From an uncultured Gammaproteobacteria bacterium (GTDB taxonomy: Bacteria; Pseudomonadota; Gammaproteobacteria; Magnimaribacterales; TMED112), in the NCBI GenBank assembly GCA_913052565.1, contig CAJXFH010000002.1, positions 39,324 through 103,323 of the forward strand: 64,000 nucleotides of DNA, written 5' to 3'. This document shows, piece by piece, positions 27,571 through 38,490 of the stretch. A model generated the notes under the pieces. That model worked only from the letters and a program-made list of their open reading frames with translations, did not search any database and was not told where the DNA came from. Position 1 is the stretch's first letter. The number at the start of each line of letters is the position of its first letter. Made by a program: the position numbers and the translations under genes.

Positions 27571-28816
27571 AAATTTTTCCTATATCACTTCTATATATAG
27601 TGCCATCAAAATTGATTTCATCAATGATTTTATAAATGTAGTTTGAGCATTTTTCTAGGCTTTCAGCTTGATAATTAACTGAAAATACTCGCCCTCCCGA
27701 AGTTTGTAATTTGCCATCGACTAATTTTGTTCCAGCATGAAAAACTTTGAGGCTCTCAAAACTAGGCAGTCTGATTGGTTTATCAATTTCGTACTTTCCT
27801 GGATAACCATTTGAAGCAATAACAACACCCATTGCAGCTCCTTTTTTCCATTCGAGTTCTACTGGGTCATTGTTTAAAGCTTGTAGAATATTCTTCAATA
27901 AATCTGATTCCATCTGCATCATTAAGCACTGAGTTTCTGGATCACCTAGACGACAATTAAATTCTAAAACTTTTGGTTCATTATTTTTTACCATCAAGCC
28001 AAAATACATAAAGCCATAATAATTTATACCCATTTTTCTTAACCCATCAATTGTGGGCTGCACAACTTTTTCTGAGATTTTATTTTTTAAAGCATTATTC
28101 ATGAAAGGCGAGGGTGATATACAACCCATACCACCTGTATTTGGTCCTTTGTTTCCTAACTTTAGTGGCTTGTAATCAACACTTGTCTCAAATGGATAAA
28201 AATTATCTGGAGTAAGAATTCCCATAAAACTAAGCTCAGTTCCAAATAAGCATTCCTCAATTAAAATATTATTTCCAGCATCACCAAAGATTGAATTATT
28301 CATAACTTCATCAACCCACTCCACAGCTTCTTTTTGATTTGTCGCAACTAAAACACCTTTTCCTGCTGCTAGTCCATCAGCTTTAAGAACGATAGGAAAA
28401 CTTGCACTCTGTAGATATTCTTTTGCTATGCTGCTGGAGGAAAAAAATTCTGCCTCCCCAGTAGGTATGGAATTTTCGAAAAGAAATTTTTTTGAGAAAA
28501 TCTTTGAGCCCTCTAACATTGCTCCTTCAGAAGTTGGACCAAACACTTTTACATTCTCTTTGTTTAGATAATTAGTAAGGCCGCCAACGAGAGGATCTTC
28601 GGGACCAATTACAACGAGATCAATATTTTTTTCAGTAATAACTTTTTTGATATTTTCAAAATCATTCGATCCTATATTCAGATTTTCACATTTGTATTCA
28701 GTTTCAGTGCCGCCATTGCCAGGTGCAATAAAAACTTTCTTGGTTAATTCAGATTGACTTAATTTCCATGCAATTGCATGCTCTCTGCCTCCTTGACCAA
28801 CTACTAAAATATTCAT
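27560..28816 (-). CDS. purD: Phosphoribosylamine-glycine ligase
   Basis: NILVVGQGGREHAIAWKLSQ, PTSEGAMLEGSKIFSKKFL, GNKGPNTGGMGCISPSPF. Confidence 0.97.
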   Translation of the reverse strand: MNILVVGQGGREHAIAWKLSQSELTKKVFIAPGNGGTETEYKCENLNIGSNDFENIKKVITEKNIDLVVIGPEDPLVGGLTNYLNKENVKVFGPTSEGAMLEGSKIFSKKFLFENSIPTGEAEFFSSSSIAKEYLQSASFPIVLKADGLAAGKGVLVATNQKEAVEWVDEVMNNSIFGDAGNNILIEECLFGTELSFMGILTPDNFYPFETSVDYKPLKLGNKGPNTGGMGCISPSPFMNNALKNKISEKVVQPTIDGLRKMGINYYGFMYFGLMVKNNEPKVLEFNCRLGDPETQCLMMQMESDLLKNILQALNNDPVELEWKKGAAMGVVIASNGYPGKYEIDKPIRLPSFESLKVFHAGTKLVDGKLQTSGGRVFSVNYQAESLEKCSNYIYKIIDEINFDGTIYRSDIGKIYES

Positions 28817-30300
28817 CAGTGTTTAAAATGCCTTACGCCCGTTAATGCCATTGTTAATTTATGTTCGTTTGCAGCACTTATAACCTCATTATCTTTAACA
28901 GAACCGCCTGGCTGAATGATATGTTTTGCTCCCTTCTCAGCAGCTAGATCAATATTGTCTCTGAAAGGGAAAAATGCATCAGAAGCTAATACGCAATCTT
29001 CTACATTGAGACCTTCTTCTTCTGCTTTCATAAAAGCAATCTTTGTGCTTACTACTCTGCTCATTTGGCCTGCTCCTATTCCTAGTGTCATTTTATTTTT
29101 AGCCAACACAATGGCGTTTGACTTCACATGTTTTGCAACTTTCATAGCAAAGATCAAATCTTCTTTTTCACTATCTTTAGGCATATTATTTGTAACTACA
29201 TCTAACTTTATTTCGTTTAAATCATAAATATCTGTAGATTGCATAAGACCAACCCCATACAGATGCTTGCTCTCATGAACATCAATTGGAACATTTCTTG
29301 AACGCAAGACTCTTATGTTGGGTTTGCTTTTTAGCATTTCCAAAGCTTTGGTCGAATAGTTGGGAGCTATTAATACCTCAATAAATTGGTTGTTAAGCAT
29401 TTCTTCAACAGTGCTTTCATCTAGTTCTATATTTGAAGCAATTACCCCCCCAAAAGCAGAAGTAGGATCAGTTTTAAATGCTTTCCTATAGGCTTCGAGT
29501 ATTTTTTCGTCAGAGGCTACACCACATGGATTTGTATGTTTAACTATACAAATTGAAGGCTCTTCAAACTCAGAAACACACGCCCAAGATGCAATTGAAT
29601 CAGCAACATTGTTATAAGATATTTCCTTGCCTTGTAATGGGTTTAGAAAATCAATTGGCGCTTCATCATCAGTTAAAAGTTTTGCTTCTTGATGTGGGTT
29701 TTCACCATATCTGAGTTCTTTGGTTATTAATTGTTTATTATGGGCAGAGAGCCATTCTGCAATTGTTAAATCGTACTCATGTGTTTGACTAAACACATAA
29801 CCTGCATATTCTTTTGATTGCTCTAAGCTAACAGAATCAACTTTTAAACCGTCATATTGTTCAGGGCTACATAAAACAACCGTATGTTGAAAATTTTTTG
29901 CTGCTGCTCTTAACATCGCAGGACCTCCAATATCGATTTTTTCAATTATTTCTTGATCGCTACTATTTTTCGCAACTTCTTCAGAGAATGGATAAAGATT
30001 CACAACAACTAAATCAATTTTTTTTGCCCCTAGCATTTTGAGTTCAACACTATCCTTCTGGCCCCTAGCCAAAATTCCTGCATGTATCTTTGGGTGAAGA
30101 GTCTTTACTCTTCCATCAAAGACTTCTGGGGAAGCTGTATAATCTGATACTTCTGTGACATCAAATCCGTTTTCTTTAAGATATTTTGCTGTGCCACCTG
30201 AGGAGATTATTTCTACATTGTTAGAGGCTAGTTTTTCTGCGAGGTCAAGGATGCCAGTTTTATCAAAAACACTTATCAGGGCAGTTTTTATCTTAATCAT
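28816..30300 (-). CDS. purH: Bifunctional AICAR transformylase/IMP cyclohydrolase (494 aa)
   Basis: ALISVFDKTGILDLAEKL, GGTAKYL, DGRVKTLHPKIHAGIL, RYGENPHQEA, KHTNPCGV, DAFFPFRDNID. Confidence 0.96.
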   Translation of the reverse strand: MIKIKTALISVFDKTGILDLAEKLASNNVEIISSGGTAKYLKENGFDVTEVSDYTASPEVFDGRVKTLHPKIHAGILARGQKDSVELKMLGAKKIDLVVVNLYPFSEEVAKNSSDQEIIEKIDIGGPAMLRAAAKNFQHTVVLCSPEQYDGLKVDSVSLEQSKEYAGYVFSQTHEYDLTIAEWLSAHNKQLITKELRYGENPHQEAKLLTDDEAPIDFLNPLQGKEISYNNVADSIASWACVSEFEEPSICIVKHTNPCGVASDEKILEAYRKAFKTDPTSAFGGVIASNIELDESTVEEMLNNQFIEVLIAPNYSTKALEMLKSKPNIRVLRSRNVPIDVHESKHLYGVGLMQSTDIYDLNEIKLDVVTNNMPKDSEKEDLIFAMKVAKHVKSNAIVLAKNKMTLGIGAGQMSRVVSTKIAFMKAEEEGLNVEDCVLASDAFFPFRDNIDLAAEKGAKHIIQPGGSVKDNEVISAANEHKLTMALTGVRHFKH

Positions 30301-30551
30301 TAAAGCAGCCCATATTTAGCCATTTTTTTCCTAAGTGTGCCTCTATTTAGGCCTAAGATCTTGCTTGCTTCAGATTGATTACCTTTGCATTTCTTTAACA
30401 CTACTTCTAAAAGTGGTGGTTCGATTTGGCTAATGGTTAAATTATAAAGCTCAATTGGATTCTCCCCATCAAGGTTTCGATAATACCTTTTAATTGCTCT
30501 TTTTACTTCGCCCCTTAGGCTGCGTTTGTTGGTATTAAACTTGGTAGACAT
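30300..30551 (-). CDS. fis: DNA-binding protein Fis
   Basis: PPLLEVVLKKCKGNQSEASKILGLNRGTLRKKMAKYGLL is the Fis HTH. Precedes purHD. Confidence 0.93.
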   Translation of the reverse strand: MSTKFNTNKRSLRGEVKRAIKRYYRNLDGENPIELYNLTISQIEPPLLEVVLKKCKGNQSEASKILGLNRGTLRKKMAKYGLL

Positions 30552-30564
30552 CTAAATGATATAA

Positions 30565-31260
30565 TTGCTTTTCAAAATGAAAATAGCTTCAATTTTTCTC
30601 AAAAAAAAACTAGATAAAAATATTGATCATTTTTTAGACAATAGTCAATTACATTACTTGAAAAACGTATTGAAAGTTAGGGAGGATGAACAAGTAAATA
30701 TTTTCAATGGTGAAGGTTCAAAATATCTTGCAAAGTTTGATGGAATTAAATCTCTAAAAGTTTTTGATATTGAAAAAAGGAATAAAGTCTTTGTAAGTTC
30801 AATTCTTGTTCCAGTACTGAAGAAAAATCCATTCGAATATTTGCTACAGAAATCAGTTGAAATAGGGGTAAATAAAATTTTTTGTTACATATCAGAGAAA
30901 AACAAAGAAAAATATTCATTTGGTTCGGAGCTAAAAAAAATCGAAAGGTATAGAGAAATTATTAAATCTGCCTTTTTGCAGTCAGAGAATTTTCATTTAC
31001 CACAGATTGACATTTATGAGTCTATTTTTCATTTTGATTTTTCAAAATTTCAAAAAATTGTAGTGTTGGATCAAGAAGCTCATGAATCTCTGCAGCCAGG
31101 TTTGGATGCTGAATTAATAATTTCTGGTGGAGAATTTGGTTTTGATCAAAATGAGAGAGATATTATTGGGAAAAATAAGGTAAATTATCTTAACTTAGGT
31201 GAAAATATATTAAGAGCTGAAACTGCACCAGTTGCCGCCCTCTCAAGGATAAACATTTAA
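30565..31260 (+). CDS. rsmE: 16S rRNA (uracil1498-N3)-methyltransferase
   Basis: HYLKNVLKVREDEQVNIFNGEG...GPEGGF-like ISGGEFGFDQNE...NLGENILRAETAPVAAL. Confidence 0.92.
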   Translation: MLFKMKIASIFLKKKLDKNIDHFLDNSQLHYLKNVLKVREDEQVNIFNGEGSKYLAKFDGIKSLKVFDIEKRNKVFVSSILVPVLKKNPFEYLLQKSVEIGVNKIFCYISEKNKEKYSFGSELKKIERYREIIKSAFLQSENFHLPQIDIYESIFHFDFSKFQKIVVLDQEAHESLQPGLDAELIISGGEFGFDQNERDIIGKNKVNYLNLGENILRAETAPVAALSRINI

Positions 31261-31262
31261 AT

Positions 31263-32195
31263 ATGAAAATTGGTTTTATTATTAATGATTTACATTCGAT
31301 GAATCTTGAAAAAGATACATCTGTTTACCTTATGAGAGAAGCACAAAATCGGGGAAATGAGATTTATGCTTTTGATGCACTTGATGTAACGCATAAAAAT
31401 AATTCTCTATATGCTAACTGTAAAAAAATTCTGTTTAACAATGCAAATGACCTCACTTTCACAGTAAGTGCAAAAATATCTTTAGAAGTAAAAGATTTTT
31501 CATTCGTAATAAATAGATTAAACCCACCTTTTAACAAAGAATATTTATATTTAACACAGTTGCTTGAAATATCTGGTGTTGACTGTATCAATCCGGCTAA
31601 AGCATTAAGAGAGAATAACGAAAAACTTATAATACTTAATTTCCCAGAACTTATTCCCTATACAAAGGTTACCAACTCACTAGAAGAAATTGAGGACGTT
31701 CTTAACCAAGAAAAGATTGAAAAAATTGTAATAAAGCCTCTTGATGGTATGGGGGGGAAATCAATATTTTTTATTTCTAAGGGCGATAAAAATTTAAATG
31801 TCATTTGGGAAACAATAAGCCAGAGAGGGAAAAAGCATTTTGTTGTACAAGAGTATATAGAAGAAGCAAAGCTCGGTGATAATAGGCTTTCATTTATAAA
31901 CTATGAGCTTCTTCCAAAAAAAGTAGTGAGAATGCCGTCAGATAAAGATTTCAGAGGGAATCTTGCGGCCGGAGCTAAGTCTAAGATTGAATCTGTGACT
32001 GAAGATGACATTAAGTTAGGTGAAGCAATAATTCCTTATCTCAAGGAAAATAATATTTATTTTGCTGGTGCAGATCTTTTGGGTGGAAAGCTTTCAGAAA
32101 TTAACCTCACTTCACCAACATGTCTTCAAGAAATCCATAAAAATTCGGATCTAGATCCCGCAAAAATATTTTGGGACAATTTAAGAAAGAGTTGA
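31263..32195 (+). CDS. gshB: Glutathione synthetase
   Basis: KDTSVYLMREAQNRGNEIYAF, VIKPLDGMGGKSIFF, EYIEEAKLGDNRLSFI, AGADLLGGKLSEINLTSPTCLQEI. Confidence 0.95.
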   Translation: MKIGFIINDLHSMNLEKDTSVYLMREAQNRGNEIYAFDALDVTHKNNSLYANCKKILFNNANDLTFTVSAKISLEVKDFSFVINRLNPPFNKEYLYLTQLLEISGVDCINPAKALRENNEKLIILNFPELIPYTKVTNSLEEIEDVLNQEKIEKIVIKPLDGMGGKSIFFISKGDKNLNVIWETISQRGKKHFVVQEYIEEAKLGDNRLSFINYELLPKKVVRMPSDKDFRGNLAAGAKSKIESVTEDDIKLGEAIIPYLKENNIYFAGADLLGGKLSEINLTSPTCLQEIHKNSDLDPAKIFWDNLRKS

Positions 32196-32205
32196 GTTAT
32201 AACTA

Positions 32206-32592
32206 TTGAAGAAAGAAGCAAAAGTAGTTTTAAGCATAGATTTTGGAACACAAAAAATTGGCTTATGTATTGCTGAAACTTTTACTGGCCAAACAAAACC
32301 TTTAAAGATTATAAAAAACGATGAGAAACTTTTGGATAATATCAAAAAAATCATTGGTGAATGGCAACCAGACCTCTACTTAATTGGGAGCCCGCCAAAC
32401 CCTAGTGCTAGTTTTTCAAAAAACTTATCACAATTTAAAATAGATTTTGAGGAGATATTCCAAGAAAAATTATTAGTTGTAGATGAAGACTATACATCAC
32501 AAGCAGTTGATCATAAGAAACCTTCTGAAATGAAAGATTCTTTATCTGCTGAAATAATTTTTCAAGATTGGTTTAATAAAAATTATGGCTGA
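32206..32592 (+). CDS. ruvX: YqgF/RuvX family Holliday junction resolvase/16S pre-rRNA nuclease
   Basis: VLSIDFGTQKIGLCIAE...LYLIGSPPNPSASFSKNLSQFK...VVDEDYTSQAV. Confidence 0.9.
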   Translation: MKKEAKVVLSIDFGTQKIGLCIAETFTGQTKPLKIIKNDEKLLDNIKKIIGEWQPDLYLIGSPPNPSASFSKNLSQFKIDFEEIFQEKLLVVDEDYTSQAVDHKKPSEMKDSLSAEIIFQDWFNKNYG

Positions 32593-34324
32593 ATCAATAC
32601 CAAGGGATTTTATCGATAGACTTGTCGAAGACTCTGACGTAGTTGCTGTCTTGAGCCACTATCTAAATCTAACAAAAAAGGGGAATAATTTTACATGTTG
32701 TTGTCCCTTCCACGATGAGAAAACACCTTCGTTTGTTGTTAGTCCTCAAAAATCAATTTATCACTGCTTTGGTTGCGGTAAAGGCGGCAATGTAATCACA
32801 TTCATTAAAGATTACGAGGGGTTAAATTTTGTCGAAGCAGTAGAGAAGTTAGCAGAACTAAATAATGTTACTGTGCCTAAAACATCTTCAGGTTTCCGAA
32901 ATGATCATAGCAAGTCAATTGAAATTAATCAGATTGTTTCTGAACATTATTATGAAGAACTTTCAAATAAATCATCAGAACACATTGTTTCTTACTTAAA
33001 AGGAAGAGGCATAAGCGGTAAGACAGCTAAACATTTCAAACTTGGTTTTGCTGATTTCAATCAAAATGATCTTCTTGCCAAATTGCAAAAAAGATTTGAT
33101 GAAAAAGACATTTTAGATAGCGGTTGTTTTCTTAAAAATGAAAAAGGAATATATCCTTTTTTCAGGAAACGCTTAATATTCCCAATACTTAATTCTGCAG
33201 GCAAAAATATAGGTTTTGGTGGAAGAGTCATTGATGATGCTATGCCAAAGTACCTCAATTCAAAAGACAGCAAATTTTTTAATAAAGCTAGAGAGCTATA
33301 TGGGTATAGTGAAGCAAAAAAGGATCATAAAAATGATTATTTTGTTGTAACTGAAGGTTACATGGATGTAGTTATGTTGCATGAATATGGAATAACTAAT
33401 GCGGTGGCATCCTTAGGCACAGCATTTTCTCAAAATCATTTAAATTTATTATTCAAAACAAAAAGAAAAGTTATATTTTGTTTTGACTCAGATGAAGCGG
33501 GATTAGCTGCGGCATGGAGAGCACTGCAAATATCTTTAAAAAATGTTTTTGATGACAAGACTGTAAGATTTCTTTTCCTTCCTGAAGGCTATGATCCAGA
33601 TTCTTTTGTGAAAGAAAAGGGTGCAAACGAATTTTTAAAGAAAATTGATAGAGCAATGGTGATCGAAACATTTGTTTTTCAATTTCTTAAAAGAGGGAGA
33701 AATTTGGATTCACCTGAAGATATAAGACAAATTATTTTTGAGCTTAAAAAGCTTCTACCCACAGTAAAATCTGAAACTCTGAGGGAGACACTTCTCCTCA
33801 AGTTTTCAAAGGAACTTGAAATTAGCAAAGACCTACTCATCAAAGCTGATGACTCACAAAAAAAACCTATCAAAAAGCCTGTAATTGAGAAAACAAATAA
33901 TACTTTTGAAAAAGAGTCATTATTGATTGTCTATCTCATGGAAACATTTATGACTTCCGTAATCGAATCTGCAAAAGAATTTAATTCTTTCCTTCAAAGA
34001 TCTTCAGTTGAAGAGTTAAAAGAACTCAGAGAAGTAATTGATAGCATGTTAAATAATCAAAAAAATCATAAAGAAATGCCATTCTATGCAAAAGCAATGA
34101 TGATAAATTTTGAATTAACAGCTGAAGAGGCGATAAATGAATTCAATAGAGCTTCAGATGCTATTCGCCTCCAAAATGATGAGACATTTATAGAATTTCT
34201 CAAAAATCTTGTAAAAACTGACGAATTAACAGCTGAAAGAAAAGAAAATCTGCAAAAATTGCTTAATTTAAGAGATAATATCTCAACTCAGGAAGAGGAA
34301 CTAATCCGAAATCTCAACAAATAG
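32585..34324 (+). CDS. dnaG: DNA primase
   Basis: CPFHDEKTPSFVVSPQKSIYHCFGCGKGGNVITF zinc finger; VVTEGYMDVVMLHEYGITNAVASLGTA; CFDSDEAGLAAAWRAL. Confidence 0.97.
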   Translation: MAESIPRDFIDRLVEDSDVVAVLSHYLNLTKKGNNFTCCCPFHDEKTPSFVVSPQKSIYHCFGCGKGGNVITFIKDYEGLNFVEAVEKLAELNNVTVPKTSSGFRNDHSKSIEINQIVSEHYYEELSNKSSEHIVSYLKGRGISGKTAKHFKLGFADFNQNDLLAKLQKRFDEKDILDSGCFLKNEKGIYPFFRKRLIFPILNSAGKNIGFGGRVIDDAMPKYLNSKDSKFFNKARELYGYSEAKKDHKNDYFVVTEGYMDVVMLHEYGITNAVASLGTAFSQNHLNLLFKTKRKVIFCFDSDEAGLAAAWRALQISLKNVFDDKTVRFLFLPEGYDPDSFVKEKGANEFLKKIDRAMVIETFVFQFLKRGRNLDSPEDIRQIIFELKKLLPTVKSETLRETLLLKFSKELEISKDLLIKADDSQKKPIKKPVIEKTNNTFEKESLLIVYLMETFMTSVIESAKEFNSFLQRSSVEELKELREVIDSMLNNQKNHKEMPFYAKAMMINFELTAEEAINEFNRASDAIRLQNDETFIEFLKNLVKTDELTAERKENLQKLLNLRDNISTQEEELIRNLNK

Positions 34325-34358
34325 TTGAATTTTGGATTTTCACAAACATATAGAAATC

Positions 34359-36182
34359 ATGTCAGATAAACCTAGCTCAACACCCCAAGTCAGCCCTGCT
34401 AATGATATTGCCCAACTAATTCAGCTAGGTAGAGATCAGGGCTATCTTACACATGCAGATATTACTGACACTTTACCTGATGGATCAACTGATGCTGATA
34501 ACTTTGAGGAAATTACTCAAGTTCTCAGGGATATGGGTATAAAAGTCTTTGAGGACACACCTGACGAAGATGAATTAATGTTGGGCGAAGATGAAGATAC
34601 CGATGAATTAGCCGCAGAAGATGCTGTAGCAGCTCTATCTCAAACAGAAATTGAATCAGGCAGAACAACTGATCCTGTTCGTATGTATATGAGGGAAATG
34701 GGAAGTGTTGATCTGTTGACCAAAACAGGTGAAATTGGCATTGCAAAGAGAATTGAAGCAGCAATGAAAGAAGTTTTGTCTTTATGTGCTGAGTACCCCC
34801 TCTGCATTGAATATGTTCTTGATTTCTTTAACAGAATTAAAATTGGCGAGAAAAAAACACAAGATTTAATATCTGGCTTTATGCTTGATGAACCAGAAGA
34901 AGAAATTGTAGAGCAAGAGTTCGAAAATACAGAAGATAAACAAGTTGAAGAAAGCGAAGAAGAAGAAGCTAATGTTATTTCTTTTGAAGAGTGCGAAGCA
35001 AAAATTAAAATTATAAAAAGAGAATATAACAAATATCTCAAATCATTAAGTAATGACAAGCTAGATGAAAAAGGTCAGAAAGCGCTAGATAAGTTAAAAG
35101 CAGAATTTCAAAATATTAAGTTTAATTCCAAAGTTTTTGATACATTGGTTCAAATACCAGCAGAGAAAAAATCCTTAGTTGGCGGTTTCGAGAGAGAGCT
35201 AAAAAAACTTCTTGTTAAGTCAATTGGAGTACCAAATAAAGAAGCTAGAGTATTGATCGATGAAAACCTTATAAATATTCGACTACTGACAAAATTATCA
35301 AAAGACAAAAGGTTCAAGAAAAAAGCAATTGATGAGGTCAAACCAACATTCATTAGAATTCAAAAAGACCTAATAAAAATAGATGAAAACAATTTGATGC
35401 CAGTAACACAGATTATTTCTTTAAATAAAAGAATTAATAAAGCTTATAGAGGCCTTTTAAGAGCTAAAAAAGAAATGATTGAGGCAAACTTAAGATTGGT
35501 AATTTCTATCGCTAAAAAATATACGAATAGAGGTTTACAATTTTTAGATTTGATTCAAGAGGGAAATATTGGACTTATGAAAGCAGTTGATAAGTTTGAA
35601 TATAGGAGAGGCTATAAATTCTCAACTTATGCTACGTGGTGGATAAGACAAGCTATTACCAGATCTATTGCTGATCAAGCTAGAACAATCAGGATCCCAG
35701 TCCATATGATTGAAACAATAAATAAATTGAATCGCCTATCACGTCAAATGATGCAAGAAATAGGAAGAGAACCAACTCCAGAAGAAATGTCAAAAAGGCT
35801 TGATATTCCAGAAGATAAAATGCGCAAGGTTATGAAAATTGCGAAAGAGCCTATCTCAATGGAGACTCCAATTGGTGACGATGAGGATTCTAACTTGGGT
35901 GATTTCCTCGAAGACTCTTCAATCAATTCGCCTATTGATGATGCATCAATTCGAGGTCTTAAAGATGCGACAGATGAAATACTTGCTTCATTAACTGCTA
36001 GAGAAGCAAAAGTTTTACGAATGAGATTTGGTATTGGTATGAATAATGACCATACACTTGAAGAAGTAGGCAAACAGTTTGATGTAACAAGAGAGAGAAT
36101 CAGACAGATCGAAGCTAAGGCACTCAGAAAGCTAAGACATCCAACTAGATCTGATGTCTTGAAGAGTTTCTTGCACGAATAA
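34359..36182 (+). CDS. rpoD: RNA polymerase sigma-70 factor RpoD
   Basis: [114 protein letters not shown]. Confidence 0.98.
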   Translation: MSDKPSSTPQVSPANDIAQLIQLGRDQGYLTHADITDTLPDGSTDADNFEEITQVLRDMGIKVFEDTPDEDELMLGEDEDTDELAAEDAVAALSQTEIESGRTTDPVRMYMREMGSVDLLTKTGEIGIAKRIEAAMKEVLSLCAEYPLCIEYVLDFFNRIKIGEKKTQDLISGFMLDEPEEEIVEQEFENTEDKQVEESEEEEANVISFEECEAKIKIIKREYNKYLKSLSNDKLDEKGQKALDKLKAEFQNIKFNSKVFDTLVQIPAEKKSLVGGFERELKKLLVKSIGVPNKEARVLIDENLINIRLLTKLSKDKRFKKKAIDEVKPTFIRIQKDLIKIDENNLMPVTQIISLNKRINKAYRGLLRAKKEMIEANLRLVISIAKKYTNRGLQFLDLIQEGNIGLMKAVDKFEYRRGYKFSTYATWWIRQAITRSIADQARTIRIPVHMIETINKLNRLSRQMMQEIGREPTPEEMSKRLDIPEDKMRKVMKIAKEPISMETPIGDDEDSNLGDFLEDSSINSPIDDASIRGLKDATDEILASLTAREAKVLRMRFGIGMNNDHTLEEVGKQFDVTRERIRQIEAKALRKLRHPTRSDVLKSFLHE

Positions 36183-36227
36183 ATCCTTTTTAAAAATTCA
36201 AAAAAGTTATAGACTACATTTTCTGGC

Positions 36228-36304
36228 GGGCCTGTAGCTCAGTTGGTTAGAGCAGTGGACTCATAATCCATTGGTCGGAGGTTCGAGTCCTCCCGGGCCC
36301 ACCA
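36228..36304 (+). tRNA. tRNA with CAU anticodon (tRNA-Ile2 favoured over elongator tRNA-Met)
   Basis: GGGCCTG-TA-GCTC...GAGC-A-GTGGA-CTCATAA-TCCAT-TGGTC-GGAGG-TTCGAGT-CCTCC-CGGGCCC-ACCA folds as a 77-nt cloverleaf with encoded CCA. Location downstream of rpoD matches ileX-type placement. Confidence 0.93.
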
Positions 36305-36318
36305 CTTTTTAATTTATC

Positions 36319-38388
36319 TCACTTCGTTTTATATTTTTCGAACCAAGCAAGTATATGATCAACTTTTGTGATTAAGTTTGATGGCCTGCTTGCAATTCCA
36401 TGAGAAGTATTAGGAATTCGTATCATTGCACTATCAATTTCTCTAAGCCTTAATGCCTGATAAAATTGTTCTGTTTCAGATATTGGGGTTCTTCTATCTT
36501 GTTCACCAGTTATAAGCATAGTTGGAGTAGTTACGTTACCAACTAATGATAATGGAGATCGTTCCCAATAATGCTCAAGGTGTTCCCATGGAGGTCCTGG
36601 AAACTGATGATAAATTTGTCCCACCATCGAATCAGCAGTCAATGGTTTACTTAACCAGTTAATTACTGGCTTTGAAGACACAGCAGCATTAAATCTATCA
36701 GTAAGACCTACTGCATATGCTGTTGCTATTCCCCCAGCACTTCCTCCAGCAATAAATAGATTTCTTTCATCAACCATGCCTTTATTAATAAGTGCATCAA
36801 TGCCTGACATATGGTCAGCAAAATCCTCCGGGCTTGAGTACTTATATTGAAGTAAAAGAGCAAAGTCTTCTCCGTAAGAAGAGCTGCCTCTATAGTTATC
36901 GTAAAAAACAATGTATCCAGCAGAAGCCATTATCTGCAGTTCAGCTGAGAAGTGAGGACCATAAGCAAGATGAGGTCCTCCATGAATTTCTAAGATTAAA
37001 GGGTATTTCTTACTTGGATCAAAATCAGGGGGCGTAATATACCAGCCCTGGATTTCTTGATTGTCAAAAGAAGATTTATAAGTGATTTCATTAACTTTGC
37101 CTAAGTTACGATGGCCAAGAATATCTTCATTCAACTGTGTTAGAACTCTAGTTTTTCTATTCTCAACAATAGCTATGTCAGCAGGTCTGTCAGTCTTTCC
37201 ATATGTGAATGCAATAGTCCCATTACTTGTATGAAAGTCTCCTGATATGTAGGGCCTTCCAATTGTGGTGCCTCCAACATTGCCTGCAATATCAGTTAAA
37301 TTTCCAATTAAATCGATTTGTCTAAGTTTTCTTTCACCTCTTTGATCAAAAGCAAAATAGATCGATGCATTATCTTCGGACCAATAAAGACTATCAGCAT
37401 CATCATCTAAGTCATTAGATATAATCTGAATTTTTTTAGTATCCAGATTCATCACAGCAATCCTGCTTGGGGTATAGGCAAGTGGACGTCTTTCTTTTAC
37501 ATAAAAGGCCATCATTTGCCCATTAGGAGATATAGCTGGTGATCTTTCTTCACCCACTTGGTCTGTAATTTGGGTTAGCTTTTTATCTGATACATCAATT
37601 TTGTAAATATCAGCTTCACCACTAATTAGTTCCCAGTTTGGTGATCTATGGGCAGAAAAGTAGATGCTATTACTATCTCCTGACCATGAAATAGCACCAT
37701 AGTGATTGAAATTACCGCTTGTTAATTGTCGAGCAGAACCCCCATCAGCAGGTACGACAAATATATGTCGATAAGATGGCTCAACAATACCTCGACCGTC
37801 GTATTGGTATCTGGTAGTTGTCACTACAATCGGCTCCTTTGCCCATGAAGCCCCTTTTGGTTTATCTCTTTGTTCTACAAATGAAACATTTTCTCCTTTT
37901 ACATTCATTGTGAATGCCAACCATTTTCCATCAGGTGACCATGAAAGACTTGAAGGTGATTCTTGTAGTTGTGTTATGACCGTTGTTTCACCTGTGTCCA
38001 CCCAATGCATATGAATTTGTGTAGAACCAGAACCATTAGAGACAAAAGCAATTTTTTTATTATCTGGTGACCAGCGTGGAGAAGATGAATTACTTAAACC
38101 TGAATGCAAAGGTCTATGCCCATCTCCGTCTTTTTGAATACGCCAAAGATTTGATTTAACACGATCTTTCATCACATCATTCGAACGTCGCACATACACT
38201 ATTGTTTGGCCATCTGGAGATACTTGCGGATCAGAAGCCCATTCAAGCTCGAAGACATCCATTGGATCAAATAAATTTATATTCTCTTCTGCAATGATCT
38301 GAGATGATTGAAAAGAAAAGAATGAAAAGATAAAAAAAGCCACTTTTAGGATTGCTGGCTTAATAAAAAAAGTAAAATTATTTTTCAT
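36319..38388 (-). CDS. Exported S9 family prolyl oligopeptidase/acylaminoacyl-peptidase-like
   Basis: WD40-like PD repeats (ASDPQVSPDGQTIVYVRR; SPRWSPDNKKIAFVS), catalytic GGSAGG, DRRTP and SHG motifs. Start at MKNNFTFF preferred because the 38475 start runs through the pyrD terminator. Confidence 0.9.
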   Translation of the reverse strand: MKNNFTFFIKPAILKVAFFIFSFFSFQSSQIIAEENINLFDPMDVFELEWASDPQVSPDGQTIVYVRRSNDVMKDRVKSNLWRIQKDGDGHRPLHSGLSNSSSPRWSPDNKKIAFVSNGSGSTQIHMHWVDTGETTVITQLQESPSSLSWSPDGKWLAFTMNVKGENVSFVEQRDKPKGASWAKEPIVVTTTRYQYDGRGIVEPSYRHIFVVPADGGSARQLTSGNFNHYGAISWSGDSNSIYFSAHRSPNWELISGEADIYKIDVSDKKLTQITDQVGEERSPAISPNGQMMAFYVKERRPLAYTPSRIAVMNLDTKKIQIISNDLDDDADSLYWSEDNASIYFAFDQRGERKLRQIDLIGNLTDIAGNVGGTTIGRPYISGDFHTSNGTIAFTYGKTDRPADIAIVENRKTRVLTQLNEDILGHRNLGKVNEITYKSSFDNQEIQGWYITPPDFDPSKKYPLILEIHGGPHLAYGPHFSAELQIMASAGYIVFYDNYRGSSSYGEDFALLLQYKYSSPEDFADHMSGIDALINKGMVDERNLFIAGGSAGGIATAYAVGLTDRFNAAVSSKPVINWLSKPLTADSMVGQIYHQFPGPPWEHLEHYWERSPLSLVGNVTTPTMLITGEQDRRTPISETEQFYQALRLREIDSAMIRIPNTSHGIASRPSNLITKVDHILAWFEKYKTK

Positions 38389-38444
38389 ATAAACAGCATA
38401 TTTGAAAAGACAAAAACATGCTAACGGAATATTGTTCATTCTAG

Positions 38445-38472
38445 TAAAAAAAAGGCCCCATAAAGGGGCCTT
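38445..38472 (-). terminator. Rho-independent terminator for pyrD
   Basis: Minus-strand AAGGCCCC-TTTAT-GGGGCCTT followed by a T-run. It starts about 19 nt past the pyrD stop. Confidence 0.92.
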
Positions 38473-38490
38473 CAATCAAGAATCTAAATA

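Noticed and set aside
36792-37037. Plus-strand ORFs inside the S9 peptidase and pyrD genes (36792-37037, 38657-39118, 38866-39138)
   Set aside because: They are opposite conserved catalytic regions of clearly coding genes, so they are shadow ORFs.
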